In this document: piece after piece, positions 24,543 to 33,912 of the stretch
Layout of the letters: each line of letters opens with the position of its first letter
Position numbering within the stretch: the first letter of the stretch is position 1
IMG/VR virus record: IMGVR_UViG_3300046710_000155
Location: 1-38,962 of that record
Reading direction: 5' to 3' (one strand)
Source of the DNA: a virus
Taxonomy: Duplodnaviria; Caudoviricetes
DNA length: 38,962 nt
The notes under the pieces: model-generated
What the model was told of the DNA's origin: nothing
The model's database searches: none
Seen by the model: the letters and a program-made list of their open reading frames with translations, nothing else
Made by a program: the position numbers and the translations under genes

Positions 24543-25304
24543 ATGAAAGACGCATATTATTTTTCACACGATAGCAACGCAAGACATGACCCCGATATAT
24601 TGTCAATGGTAAGTGTCTATGGAATGGCAGGATATGGATGGTATTGGGTAATTATAGAGATATTAAGAGATGAAGAAGATTACAAGTTTAATATCACTAA
24701 AGAACATTCATATAATGCAATTGCAATGCAATTGTACTGCGATTGCAATGCGGCTAAAAAGTTTATTGAAGATTGCATAAATGAATTTGATTTATTTGTT
24801 TCTGATGGTGAAAATTTTTGGTCTGAAAGTCTATTAAATCGTATGAGTATTTTAGCAAATAAACGTCAGAAAATGAAAGATAATGCTGATAAAAGATGGT
24901 CAAATCAAGATAAAACTATTACTACTAATGCAATTGCAATGCAAAAGCAATGCAAAAGCAATGCAAGTAAAGTAAAGGAAAGTAAAGTAAAGGAAAGTAA
25001 AGATATATACCCTGAAATCCTTGAATACTGGAACTCCAAAGAAATTATAGCTCATAAAGTCTTATCCTCTAAAAGCATAACACTTATAAAATCCAAATTA
25101 GAATCAGGCTATACCATTGACGACATCAAGGAAGCCATTAAGAGTTACTGGTTTATAACGACTAATCCTGAAACTAAAGACAGTTTCTGGTTTACATACA
25201 AGTTTACTTTAGAGGATTTTTTGAATCCTAAAAACTTTGAGAAGTTTAAGGATTTTGAAGCAGCACATACTAATTTTTTAATTAAAGAGGAGAAGAAAAG
25301 ATGA
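24543..25304 (+). CDS. Replication initiator (DUF4373/Lin1244-like N-terminus)
   Basis: YYFSHDSNARHD...YGM.GYG.YW.IIE.L; internal iteron repeats. Confidence 0.85.
   Translation: MKDAYYFSHDSNARHDPDILSMVSVYGMAGYGWYWVIIEILRDEEDYKFNITKEHSYNAIAMQLYCDCNAAKKFIEDCINEFDLFVSDGENFWSESLLNRMSILANKRQKMKDNADKRWSNQDKTITTNAIAMQKQCKSNASKVKESKVKESKDIYPEILEYWNSKEIIAHKVLSSKSITLIKSKLESGYTIDDIKEAIKSYWFITTNPETKDSFWFTYKFTLEDFLNPKNFEKFKDFEAAHTNFLIKEEKKR
24926..25002. repeat. Iteron-like repeats, probable replication origin
   Basis: Tandem GCAATGCAA units then two AAGTAAAGTAAAGGA units; a second TAATGCAATTGCAATGCAA copy at about 24713. Confidence 0.7.
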
Positions 25305-25747
25305 CAACTCAACCAATGAATATAACCGACGGCATCCCTGAACTCTTAGCAAAAATTCAGCGTCAACATCCTTATACTGCCGAGGACCTTGAAATGAGCC
25401 GTTATAAATCTGAACTCACCGACGATGAATCTAATATCTACATGGCTTACCAGGTCTGGGATGTTAGAAAAGAACTTGAGAATGTTGAGCCCAGGGCATT
25501 TAAGGAGATAACGCAGGATATAGATGTCAGACATTTTAAGTGGATTAAAAGTTGGATAAAAGATTTTAAACACATCGATGACGTTATACAACATTTTAAT
25601 TTAGTCCTTGAGTTTTTCAGAAGCAGGCATTGGTATTCAGAGGAATATGAGAGGCTGGCAACTTATAGAAAGAGTGTTTATAACGCTTACATGAACATTA
25701 AGGAAGAGAAGAAAGATTTTAAATCAAAATATAGTGCATACGTATAA
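25301..25747 (+). CDS. Hypothetical protein downstream of initiator
   Basis: ATGA-coupled ORF. Confidence 0.65.
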   Translation: MTTQPMNITDGIPELLAKIQRQHPYTAEDLEMSRYKSELTDDESNIYMAYQVWDVRKELENVEPRAFKEITQDIDVRHFKWIKSWIKDFKHIDDVIQHFNLVLEFFRSRHWYSEEYERLATYRKSVYNAYMNIKEEKKDFKSKYSAYV

Positions 25748-25789
25748 AAGTAAACAAAAATATCATAGTTTAGTAGGGTAGGAGGGAAA

Positions 25790-25948
25790 ATGACAAACAT
25801 AAAATGTGGCGATAACGCTTGTATAAACAATGGAGACGGTATTTGCACTTGTATCAATATAACTCTTGAAATGCAAAATATTGAAGAAGATTTATTAAAA
25901 AATGCAGAATTAAGATGTCAAAATTATGAAGTTTGGAGGAGACAATGA
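25790..25948 (+). CDS. Second DUF1540-like Cys-rich protein (not in track)
   Basis: IKCGDNACINN...C....I.....CQNYE; GGAGG RBS. Confidence 0.6.
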   Translation: MTNIKCGDNACINNGDGICTCINITLEMQNIEEDLLKNAELRCQNYEVWRRQ

Positions 25949-26072
25949 CCCTTAAGCAACTATCACTTAAAATCTATAATGCTGTAAAAGCTTACTGTAA
26001 GAAATTAGCAGATTTACAACAGGAAGCGATTAAATTTAATGAGGAAATGAAACAATATTTGGAGGGGAAAAA

Positions 26073-26255
26073 ATGAAATTATATAAAGTCAGAATAGATT
26101 CAACCGATTATGAAGATATTGTAGTGGAAGCAAAATCTAAGGAGGAAGCAAAAGAGTTAGCAGTCAGACAAGCTAATTTTTCTAGTAAAGAATTTTGTGA
26201 GTTTTTAGAAGTAGAACAAGACGATATAGATGACTGGAAAAGGTGGAATAAATGA
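26073..26255 (+). CDS. Hypothetical protein
   Basis: GGAGG RBS; VEAKSKEEAKELA motif. Confidence 0.65.
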   Translation: MKLYKVRIDSTDYEDIVVEAKSKEEAKELAVRQANFSSKEFCEFLEVEQDDIDDWKRWNK

Positions 26256-26379
26256 CCGTATCAGTTAAAGCTCGCATTTTTGATGATGGCAGCATAAAAA
26301 TTGATTCTGATGAAGATGTAAAAGAAAAGTTAATACCGTTAAGAGGGTGCAATGTTGTTATTACGTTTGAGGAGGAAAT

Positions 26380-26796
26380 TTGAAGCTATTAACTATAAAG
26401 CACCGCACCACAGAGAAAAAACCTAAACGTAAATTATCTCAGGAAGCCAAAGACAGAAAGAACCTGAGGATAAGGTTACTTAATTTATGGGTGCTAAGAG
26501 TAAAAGAAATTGCAGGTTATCAATGTGAAATTTGCAGGTCTGGAAAGTGTTTGCAAGCTCATCATATTATCGGCAAGTCAAACAGAACTTTAAAATGGGA
26601 TTTACGCAACGGTATTTGCCTATGTGCAAATTGTCATTCTTTAGGAAACATGAGCGCCCATCAAGACCCCCAGTGGTTTATGCTCTGGATGTATGAGTTT
26701 AAGACAGAGGATTATGAATACCTGATTTATAAAAAGAATGAACGTTTTGATAAGGATTATATTAGAATTGAAGATGAGTTAAAGGAGGCACAATAA
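26380..26796 (+). CDS. HNH endonuclease (NinG-like)
   Basis: CEIC...LQAHHI...WDLRNGICLCANCH. Confidence 0.85.
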   Translation: MKLLTIKHRTTEKKPKRKLSQEAKDRKNLRIRLLNLWVLRVKEIAGYQCEICRSGKCLQAHHIIGKSNRTLKWDLRNGICLCANCHSLGNMSAHQDPQWFMLWMYEFKTEDYEYLIYKKNERFDKDYIRIEDELKEAQ

Positions 26797-26960
26797 AACC
26801 CTGTCCTATATCTGAGCAGTTAAAGCACAAACTCGATGACAAGGAGTTTTGCAGACGACTCGACAGCATCGCCAACGGACAGATTATATTGTTTATAAAG
26901 CATTGCAAGATTAATTTAGATAAAACAACGGAGGATAATATATGGGAGGGGGGGAAATAA

Positions 26961-27236
26961 ATGTTTGGTAAACAAGATGGTGGGATAATTCCGCAAGACG
27001 TACACAATGAAGAATATTATATAAAAAGGAATATCAGGATAATAGCTGAAACATTGGGATTGGAATTTGAGAGTTTTTGTTTAGGTGATTATCTGTTGGT
27101 AAGTCAGCAATATAAGAACAAAATTGAAAAACTAACCGATAGACTTATAAAGCTCGAAGTATTAACAGGATTTAACCCTGATGATTATAAGTGGGAAACC
27201 GAAACTAAAACCAAATTAGTAAAGAAAGGCAAATAA
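26961..27236 (+). CDS. Hypothetical protein, C-terminus paralogous to 5553-5816
   Basis: KLEVLTGFNPDDYKWETETKTKLVKK. Confidence 0.7.
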   Translation: MFGKQDGGIIPQDVHNEEYYIKRNIRIIAETLGLEFESFCLGDYLLVSQQYKNKIEKLTDRLIKLEVLTGFNPDDYKWETETKTKLVKKGK

Positions 27237-27280
27237 GCACTAACTAACAACTAAATATTTTAGCTTACCGTAACTCGGAC

Positions 27281-27333
27281 AGAGGCTAAGTTTAAGACGT
27301 TTTTAAAGACGTTTTGGATTTAGCCTCTTTTTT
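27281..27333 (+). terminator. Long-stem terminator at end of early operon
   Basis: agaggctaagttt...ggatttagcctct plus T-tract. Confidence 0.8.
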
Positions 27334-27359
27334 ATTGTAAAAAACTAAAAGGAGGGTGT

Positions 27360-27701
27360 ATGGACTATTACGAAATCACTAAGGCTATAAGAATGAAGTT
27401 AGAATATGTACATGCCGCTGCAGGCGAGAAGGATGCGGATAATATTACTTTCAACGTTCCGGATATTTATAAATCTAATTTCGAGGATATTATTTGTAAT
27501 TATGTTGATGCCATTAACGAGATTAAGAGACTAAAAAACGTGAGGAAAAGGCTGATTATATTTTATAAGGCAATAGGTTATATGGATTGGCAAGTATCTG
27601 AATTTTTACACATAGGTGAAAGGAAAATTAGATATCATATCTCATGGCTAAAAAGATTTTTTAGTGAAGAGGGGCCTAAGAATGACGAAAAATCAGTATA
27701 A
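27360..27701 (+). CDS. Putative late transcription regulator (sigma-region-4-like HTH)
   Basis: AINEIKRL....KRLII...IGY...QVSEFLHIGERKIRYHI; just upstream of packaging genes. Confidence 0.6.
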   Translation: MDYYEITKAIRMKLEYVHAAAGEKDADNITFNVPDIYKSNFEDIICNYVDAINEIKRLKNVRKRLIIFYKAIGYMDWQVSEFLHIGERKIRYHISWLKRFFSEEGPKNDEKSV

Positions 27702-27803
27702 TTAAGTTATATAAGTAAAAAAATAAAACTTATAAATATTGTCCAGAGTAGTTATATAAAATCTGGAAGGCGGGTAGGTAGGGGCGGATTCAGGGCATTC
27801 ACT

Positions 27804-27998
27804 ATGGAGACATTATTGAAATATAAAGCAATAGATTTGGGCATTTACTCTAAAGATGATATACGCAAGGCTCAAAAATATACGCCTGTTTATAAACGAC
27901 TAAGCAACCATTCACTTGAAGGCTTGGCAAAAGCATACAATGGGCTGGGTATGAATTTTAAAACAGTGTCGGATGAGATAACAAAATGGGGCAAGTAA
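27804..27998 (+). CDS. Hypothetical protein
   Basis: ORF only. Confidence 0.45.
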   Translation: METLLKYKAIDLGIYSKDDIRKAQKYTPVYKRLSNHSLEGLAKAYNGLGMNFKTVSDEITKWGK

Positions 27999-28225
27999 CC
28001 GAAATAAGTAAATTAACTATTGAAGAAATTCAGACTTTGCAAGTTGATGCTGCAATGAGAATAATAGCAAGCAATTCAAATCTGTTAGTTGAAATTAACA
28101 ATGAAATGTTTACAGCCTTAAATGAATTAGGGCAGGCAAGAATTAAGGTTGAAGTATTAAAGGAAAAGAAATCGACTATTGTTGAGCAAATTAGAGCTTT
28201 AAAGACAATAGTGCAGAGTGGGTAA
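27986..28225 (+). CDS. Coiled-coil hypothetical protein
   Basis: ORF preceding terS. Confidence 0.55.
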   Translation: MGQVTEISKLTIEEIQTLQVDAAMRIIASNSNLLVEINNEMFTALNELGQARIKVEVLKEKKSTIVEQIRALKTIVQSG

Positions 28226-28227
28226 TT

Positions 28228-28569
28228 ATGGAAGAAAATATTGAACGAAACTTAACATTTAAGCCTAAGGCAGAACAGATTAAATTTGCAGAAATTTATC
28301 TTGATTATAGGCAAAAAGCAACATTCGAACAGATAGCAGAAAAAATAGGGTGTTCAAGAACTACAATTTGGAATTGGTTTCAAAAAATAGATTTTCTTGA
28401 ATGGATTAACGGGCAAACTAATTATATGCAAAAGACAGCTTTAATCCCTGTTTTAAAATCACTAATAAGAAAAGCTGAAGTTGGAGATGTCCAGGCAATT
28501 AAACTTTATCTTGAAAAAATGGGTGAATTTACAGAAAGGTTAAGAGTTGAAGTTGGCTGGAAAGATTAA
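28228..28569 (+). CDS. terS: Terminase small subunit
   Basis: HTH EQIAEKIGCSRTTIWNW and GDVQAIKLYLE motif; abuts terL. Confidence 0.82.
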   Translation: MEENIERNLTFKPKAEQIKFAEIYLDYRQKATFEQIAEKIGCSRTTIWNWFQKIDFLEWINGQTNYMQKTALIPVLKSLIRKAEVGDVQAIKLYLEKMGEFTERLRVEVGWKD

Positions 28570-29769
28570 ATGGCAAAATTTGAAATTAATTACAAACCTC
28601 ATGCTAAACAGCTTTTATTTCATAACAGTGATGCAAGATGGAGAATTTTAAACTGTGGGCGTAGATGGGGTAAAACTCAATGCGCTATTGCAGAGGGATT
28701 AAAACTAAGTTTTAAAGAACCTAAACAAAGAGGCTGGATTGTTGCCCCGACTTATCCATTATCGCAAGAGGACTGGAGAACATTAAAAGATTTAACACCG
28801 GATAAGTTGATAAGCGATGAACTTAAGGCAGAGCGTAAATTTGTTTTTATAAATGGATCAGAAATAGAGTTTAAGAGTGCAGACCATGAAGGCGGTTTAA
28901 GAGGCGCCGGACTTAACTGGTGTATTTTAGATGAAGCATCAAGGATAAAAGAAGATAGTTGGAATGCTTTACGACCTGCATTATCTGATAAGCTAGGCAA
29001 GGGAATTTTTATATCTACACCTAAAGGAAAGAACTGGTTTTATAGGTTATTCCTTAAAGGTAGAGATGGAACAGATAAATACGAAAGCTGGCATTTCCCA
29101 TCATATACTAACCCTTATTTTCCAGAAGAAGAATGGCTTGAAGCTAAAGAAAGTTATCCGGCTGATTGGTTTTCACAAGAATACGAAGCTAACTTTTTGG
29201 AGGATGCTGCGGCAGTATTTAGAAATGTTGAAGGCAGAATTGATGGAGAACTTGAAGAACCTGTTGCAGATAAGAAATATTTCTGTGGTGTTGATGTAGC
29301 GAAGTATCAGGATTTCACAGTTATTATTGTTCTAGATCAGAATAGACACCTTTGTTATTTTGAAAGATTTAACAGGTTAAATTGGGATATTCAAAAGATA
29401 AAGATTGCCAATGTATTTATAAAATATAATGCAGTTGGATTTATAGATAGTACAGGTGTTGGTGATCCAATTTTTGAAGACTTAGCAAGACAGTTACCAC
29501 GTCAAGTTTATAGTTTTAAGTTTACCAATGAAAGCAAAATGAATCTTGTCACAAGTTTGCAGGTTGCGTTTGAACAAGGGCAGATAACCTTTCCAAGAAT
29601 ACCAATAATGATTGATGAGTTACAGGCCTTTGAATATGAAATGCTGACATCTGGCAAATTTAGATATTCAGCTCCCGATGGTTACCATGATGATACGGTG
29701 GTTTCCATGGGTTTGGCTAATTGGGCAATCGAGCACTTAATAATTAAGCAAAGTTGTAATGTATGGTGA
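28570..29769 (+). CDS. terL: Terminase large subunit
   Basis: Walker A GRRWGKT, Walker B ILDEA, ISTPKG, nuclease GVDVA...DFT, IDSTGVG, HDD. Confidence 0.96.
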   Translation: MAKFEINYKPHAKQLLFHNSDARWRILNCGRRWGKTQCAIAEGLKLSFKEPKQRGWIVAPTYPLSQEDWRTLKDLTPDKLISDELKAERKFVFINGSEIEFKSADHEGGLRGAGLNWCILDEASRIKEDSWNALRPALSDKLGKGIFISTPKGKNWFYRLFLKGRDGTDKYESWHFPSYTNPYFPEEEWLEAKESYPADWFSQEYEANFLEDAAAVFRNVEGRIDGELEEPVADKKYFCGVDVAKYQDFTVIIVLDQNRHLCYFERFNRLNWDIQKIKIANVFIKYNAVGFIDSTGVGDPIFEDLARQLPRQVYSFKFTNESKMNLVTSLQVAFEQGQITFPRIPIMIDELQAFEYEMLTSGKFRYSAPDGYHDDTVVSMGLANWAIEHLIIKQSCNVW

Positions 29770-29775
29770 TATTGC

Positions 29776-29804
29776 TTGACATAAATCAATCTTTATATTA
29801 TGAT
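29776..29804 (+). promoter_or_regulatory. Cassette promoter D
   Basis: TTGACA-taaatcaatctttatat-TATGAT. Confidence 0.85.
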
Positions 29805-29825
29805 ATATTTACTATAATTAAACAT

Positions 29826-29862
29826 GGGGAGTCCCTTAACGACTCCCCGCCTGTTAAGGAGG
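29826..29862 (+). promoter_or_regulatory. RBS-sequestering hairpin/pseudoknot
   Basis: GGGGAGTC-CCTTAAC-GACTCCCC; loop complementary to GTTAAGG overlapping the RBS. Confidence 0.65.
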
Positions 29863-29868
29863 CAAAAA

Positions 29869-30552
29869 ATGATTAAAGAAGTTATTAATGGAAGTTATGG
29901 AAGTCAGGCTATTTGTGTTTGCGATTATTGTGGTAAGAAATATAGAAAAAAATATAGTGATGTAAACCACAATAAAAATCAATTCTGTGGTAATATTTGT
30001 TTTGTTAAATATAAATCAAAAAAACTCAATACTTCTTGTGCTTATTGCGGCGAAAAGATATTCAAAAAACCATGTCAAATATTAAAAAGTAAAAATTCAT
30101 TTTGTAATAGTAAATGTCAATATGCTTATATGAAGGGTGAAAAGAATCCAAATTTTGGTAAAGGATTATTTGGCAGCGAAAATGGTAGATGGGTTGATGC
30201 ACAAAGTCCTGAAAATATAGCAAAAAGACGCAATGACCCTAAAAATAGAATAAGATATCGTATCACAATAGCAATTGATAGGGGCATAAAAAACAAAAGG
30301 AATAGTAAGACAATAGCTGGTGTCTTTTATCCTGGATATATTCTTGACTTAATGGCACATCTTGAAAGTAAATTTAAAGACGGTATGTCTTGGCAAAATA
30401 TGGGACAATGGCACATAGACCATATTATCCCAGTGAGTCTATGGGAATTTGAAACATATACTGATAGGGAATTTAAGCAGTGCTGGAGTTTATGCAATTT
30501 ACAGCCACTTTGGGCTTTAGACAATTTAAAAAAATATAACAAAGTAGCATAA
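29869..30552 (+). CDS. Free-standing HNH homing-type endonuclease with zinc-binding repeats
   Basis: CDYCG/CAYCG...FC...C repeats; WHIDHIIP...NLQPLW...N..K. Confidence 0.85.
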   Translation: MIKEVINGSYGSQAICVCDYCGKKYRKKYSDVNHNKNQFCGNICFVKYKSKKLNTSCAYCGEKIFKKPCQILKSKNSFCNSKCQYAYMKGEKNPNFGKGLFGSENGRWVDAQSPENIAKRRNDPKNRIRYRITIAIDRGIKNKRNSKTIAGVFYPGYILDLMAHLESKFKDGMSWQNMGQWHIDHIIPVSLWEFETYTDREFKQCWSLCNLQPLWALDNLKKYNKVA

Positions 30553-30576
30553 ACTAAACTAAAATTTAACATAATT

Positions 30577-30600
30577 AAGCCTCAGGAATGGGGCTTTTTT
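30577..30600 (+). terminator. Terminator closing cassette D
   Basis: aagcctca-ggaa-tggggctt plus T-tract. Confidence 0.8.
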
Positions 30601-30618
30601 ATTTGCAGATAGGAAAAT

Positions 30619-32160
30619 ATGTTTAACTTAAAAAATATAACCGACTTGGCTAAACTGACCGAGCCAACAATCTTTACTGATTCACAGCTTGAAGTCATTA
30701 ATGAGTTAATCAAGAATCAAGATTATTACGAAAACAAAGCATTTAAATATATTTGTGAAGAATACCCAGAGTTTCGGCATGGGGTAACAGACGGTAACCC
30801 TTACAAGCCGGCTCACATCCCCCTCAATTACTGTAAATTGATTGTAGATAAACTTGCAGCGTGGCAATTCGAAGAATCAATAGACTTCAACTGTACATCA
30901 GTTTTAACTGATTCCGATGATCCAAAAGCTAAAAATAGATCAGCCGAGATTGAGAAGGATTTATACGATATCCACAAGCAAAACTTAATGGATATTAAAC
31001 TATTGCAATCAGCAATAGAATCCAATATCTCCGGCGGACTTGCCGTTAAATTAAAATATGATGAAGTTGAAAAATACCCTCGTATTCTAATTCGTAATAG
31101 GATTGAAACATTTGTAGTTACTCAGTTTGACGATTACGAGAAAATCATTAGAATCCATTTTATAGCATTCCAAGATGATAAAACAATCTGGAAGCAGACA
31201 CATGAAATGGTTAATGGAGTTTATTATATATCCGAAGCCTTATATGATACGCAAGATATTAAGACTCCTAAAAAAATTATAATTCCCTATCAGCCACTAT
31301 TAATTAAAGGTAAGACTTTAGACTTCATGCCTGTTTACATCATAGCGAACATGGCTCAATTAGGGGAAATCTGGGGTGTAAGTGAACTTAGAGATTTAAT
31401 ACCTATTGTTAATGAAATAAACAAAAAGTATTCTGATAGTTCCGATGCGTTAAAGTTTGATATGTTTGCAATTACAGTATTCTTAAATGCTGAAATGCCA
31501 GTTGATGAGTTTGGCAAACCAGCCCTAAAGAATAAAGCTGGTGCAGCATGGAACGTAATGGGATTAAACCCTATAATAACTCCTGCAAAGCCGGATGTAT
31601 TCAAATTACAAGGAACTTTCAATTATAAGGATGTTCTAAATTCTCATGTCAATTCTTTAATATCGATGATATTTGAATTTGCAGAGTGTATCAATATCAC
31701 ACCTGACACAGTTCAAGGCTTGCCTGCATTATCAGGGATTGCATTGAAGTTGTTATTTGCAACTATAATAAGCAAAACAGCTAGGAAAAACCTGATATGG
31801 AAAGCCAAGTTAGCAGAGATATATCGAGGTGCACTTAAACTTAAACAACTTTATGAGGGCAATTATGACATTCCAGAAGACCTTAATATAGAAATAATCA
31901 CGCATATGCCTATCCCTGCGAATGAGTTGGAAGAAATACAAATTGTAACAGCAAAACTTGCAGATTCGCTTATTAGCGTAACAAGTGCCATGAATTCTAT
32001 CGGGATTGAGAATCCGGAAGAAGAGATTGCTAAGATATTAGCGGAAAAAATGCAATACGATAAGGTTATGAATACTGACAATATTAATAATAAACCAGTA
32101 GATAATACACAAACAAAACAGAATGCGCCAGTAGATAAACAAGGCAATCCTATAAATTAA
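30619..32160 (+). CDS. Portal protein (SPP1 gp6-like)
   Basis: DYYE...NYCKLIVD...PVYII.N....G.SEL...SGIALK...EEEIAKI; 513 aa after terL. Confidence 0.9.
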   Translation: MFNLKNITDLAKLTEPTIFTDSQLEVINELIKNQDYYENKAFKYICEEYPEFRHGVTDGNPYKPAHIPLNYCKLIVDKLAAWQFEESIDFNCTSVLTDSDDPKAKNRSAEIEKDLYDIHKQNLMDIKLLQSAIESNISGGLAVKLKYDEVEKYPRILIRNRIETFVVTQFDDYEKIIRIHFIAFQDDKTIWKQTHEMVNGVYYISEALYDTQDIKTPKKIIIPYQPLLIKGKTLDFMPVYIIANMAQLGEIWGVSELRDLIPIVNEINKKYSDSSDALKFDMFAITVFLNAEMPVDEFGKPALKNKAGAAWNVMGLNPIITPAKPDVFKLQGTFNYKDVLNSHVNSLISMIFEFAECINITPDTVQGLPALSGIALKLLFATIISKTARKNLIWKAKLAEIYRGALKLKQLYEGNYDIPEDLNIEIITHMPIPANELEEIQIVTAKLADSLISVTSAMNSIGIENPEEEIAKILAEKMQYDKVMNTDNINNKPVDNTQTKQNAPVDKQGNPIN

Positions 32161-32161
32161 A

Positions 32162-33085
32162 ATGGCTAATGAATATCTTGAATACATTAAAAAACATAGA
32201 TTAGACTTTGTTAAACTCACCGATAAGCAGGATGCACAGTTAGCAAGATTATATATTCAGGTTGCTGGCAATATCAAGGCACAGGCAACATCAATTCTTG
32301 ATAAGAGTGGTTTGACTTATGCACAAGCTAAGATAAGAATAAATTCACTGTTAATTGAGGCTGATAGACTATCAGATGGGTTTACTCAAATTTTAGACAA
32401 GTCATTAATTGACGCTGCTGACCTTGGAACCGAAGCTGACAAGATTATGATGTCAAAATATCAGTCAAGTTTAGCTGATAACGGTATCAAAGTTGACATG
32501 GGTAGAATCCTGCAAAAGGTTAATCCCGAAGCAGTAAAAGCGGTATTTGATAGGATATACACTGACGGATTAAAGTTGAGCGATAGAGTCTGGTTGCTGG
32601 AACGCAGAACAAAACAAGAGATTGAGCGGATTGTCTTGCAGAATGTTATAAGTGGAGGATCTGCAAGTAATAAAGCGACACTTTCCGCATTAGAAAATCT
32701 ATTGAATCCAAATTCTAAGGTTGCAAAATTAACCTCTTTACATGGACGTAGGGTTGGGTATGAATCAAGTAGATTGTTAAGAACATCGATGAGTGAGGCT
32801 TTTAATGAGGGTGCAAGGTTGTCTAATTTAAAGAATCCAGGCTCAACGGGTATGAAGTTGTTAACAGTTGTTGGCGCCTGTGAGATATGCGCTCCACTCG
32901 ATGGCTTACCGATAGAACAGACTGGACTTCCACCCCTTCATAGCAACTGCAAATGCAGCACCATTGAAGAAGTAATGTCAGTTGACGCCTTCACAAATTC
33001 TTGGATTGAGTTTATGGATGACCCTAAAACACATCCAAAATATTCAGATTGGATTATTAATGTTTATAACAAAAAAGCAGCATAA
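32162..33085 (+). CDS. Minor head protein (MuF/SPP1 gp7-like)
   Basis: LSDRVW, RLLRT, CEIC..LDG...PPLHSNCKC. Confidence 0.85.
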   Translation: MANEYLEYIKKHRLDFVKLTDKQDAQLARLYIQVAGNIKAQATSILDKSGLTYAQAKIRINSLLIEADRLSDGFTQILDKSLIDAADLGTEADKIMMSKYQSSLADNGIKVDMGRILQKVNPEAVKAVFDRIYTDGLKLSDRVWLLERRTKQEIERIVLQNVISGGSASNKATLSALENLLNPNSKVAKLTSLHGRRVGYESSRLLRTSMSEAFNEGARLSNLKNPGSTGMKLLTVVGACEICAPLDGLPIEQTGLPPLHSNCKCSTIEEVMSVDAFTNSWIEFMDDPKTHPKYSDWIINVYNKKAA

Positions 33086-33097
33086 AAGTAGTATTTG

Positions 33098-33106
33098 TGG
33101 TATAAT
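33098..33106 (+). promoter_or_regulatory. Extended -10 promoter of cassette E
   Basis: TG-G-TATAAT. Confidence 0.6.
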
Positions 33107-33122
33107 AAATATATAATAATAC

Positions 33123-33160
33123 GGGGAGTGCCATCATCACTCCCCAACCCATGATGGAGG
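33123..33160 (+). promoter_or_regulatory. RBS-sequestering hairpin/pseudoknot, second copy
   Basis: GGGGAGTG-CCATCAT-CACTCCCC; loop complementary to ATGATGG overlapping the RBS. Confidence 0.65.
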
Positions 33161-33165
33161 TTAAA

Positions 33166-33651
33166 ATGAGGAACGAAAAAGGACAGTTTGTAAAAGGTTT
33201 TAGCACGGGTTTTGAAGATAATTTAAAACTTGGACATGGTTGGAATAAAGGAACGCATTTTATCCATTCTGGTAGTTTTCAAAAAGGGCATGAAGTAATA
33301 GGCGGATTTGAAACAAGATATAAAAAAGGTGATGGTTTAGGCGAACATCATACTGCTGAAGTTATACAAAAGCAGAGTGAAACAAAGTTAAGAGAATTAA
33401 ACCCTAATTGGAACGGTGGCAGAAAAATTTCTTATGGTTATGTTTTAATTTTAAAACCCGAACATCCATTTAATATTGCAGGATATGTTAGAGAACACCG
33501 TCTTGTCATGGAAGAATTTCTTGGTAGATATTTAACAGCAGAAGAAGTTGTACATCGTGAAAACGAAATAAGGGATGATGCAACTGACGGTAAGCACAAA
33601 GCATATCATCTTAAATTAAAAAGATTAGCAAGATTGGCAATGGTGGGATAA
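33166..33651 (+). CDS. NUMOD-like repeat plus degenerate HNH protein
   Basis: RNEKGQFVKG, WNKG, NPNWNGG, YVREHRLVME..LGR.L...EVVH but the usual N..NL segment is missing. Confidence 0.75.
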   Translation: MRNEKGQFVKGFSTGFEDNLKLGHGWNKGTHFIHSGSFQKGHEVIGGFETRYKKGDGLGEHHTAEVIQKQSETKLRELNPNWNGGRKISYGYVLILKPEHPFNIAGYVREHRLVMEEFLGRYLTAEEVVHRENEIRDDATDGKHKAYHLKLKRLARLAMVG

Positions 33652-33776
33652 TGGGAAAAGTTAAATGTCAATGTTTAAATTGTAACCATTATCAATGGAT
33701 TATTGAGGATTCAGAAAGTGATTGTGAAAATTGCGGATGGATTATAAATGCAAGTGAAGATTACGTTGAAGATTAG
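33651..33776 (+). CDS. 41-aa zinc-ribbon peptide
   Basis: CLNC...CENCG; TAATG-coupled. Confidence 0.55.
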   Translation: MGKVKCQCLNCNHYQWIIEDSESDCENCGWIINASEDYVED

Positions 33777-33809
33777 AATAATAGTATAATATAAACAATA
33801 TTTAAGATT

Positions 33810-33887
33810 AAGCACTCTCAACAGGGTGCTTTTTTATTGGAATTTTATAAATAGCAATATTTAGAGTCTCTTTGAGGCTCTTTTTTT
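33810..33887 (+). terminator. Two tandem terminators closing cassette E
   Basis: aagcactct-caac-agggtgctt-T and agagtctc-ttt-gaggctct-T. Confidence 0.85.
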
Positions 33888-33912
33888 ATTGCACAAAAGG
33901 AAGGAGTCAACA

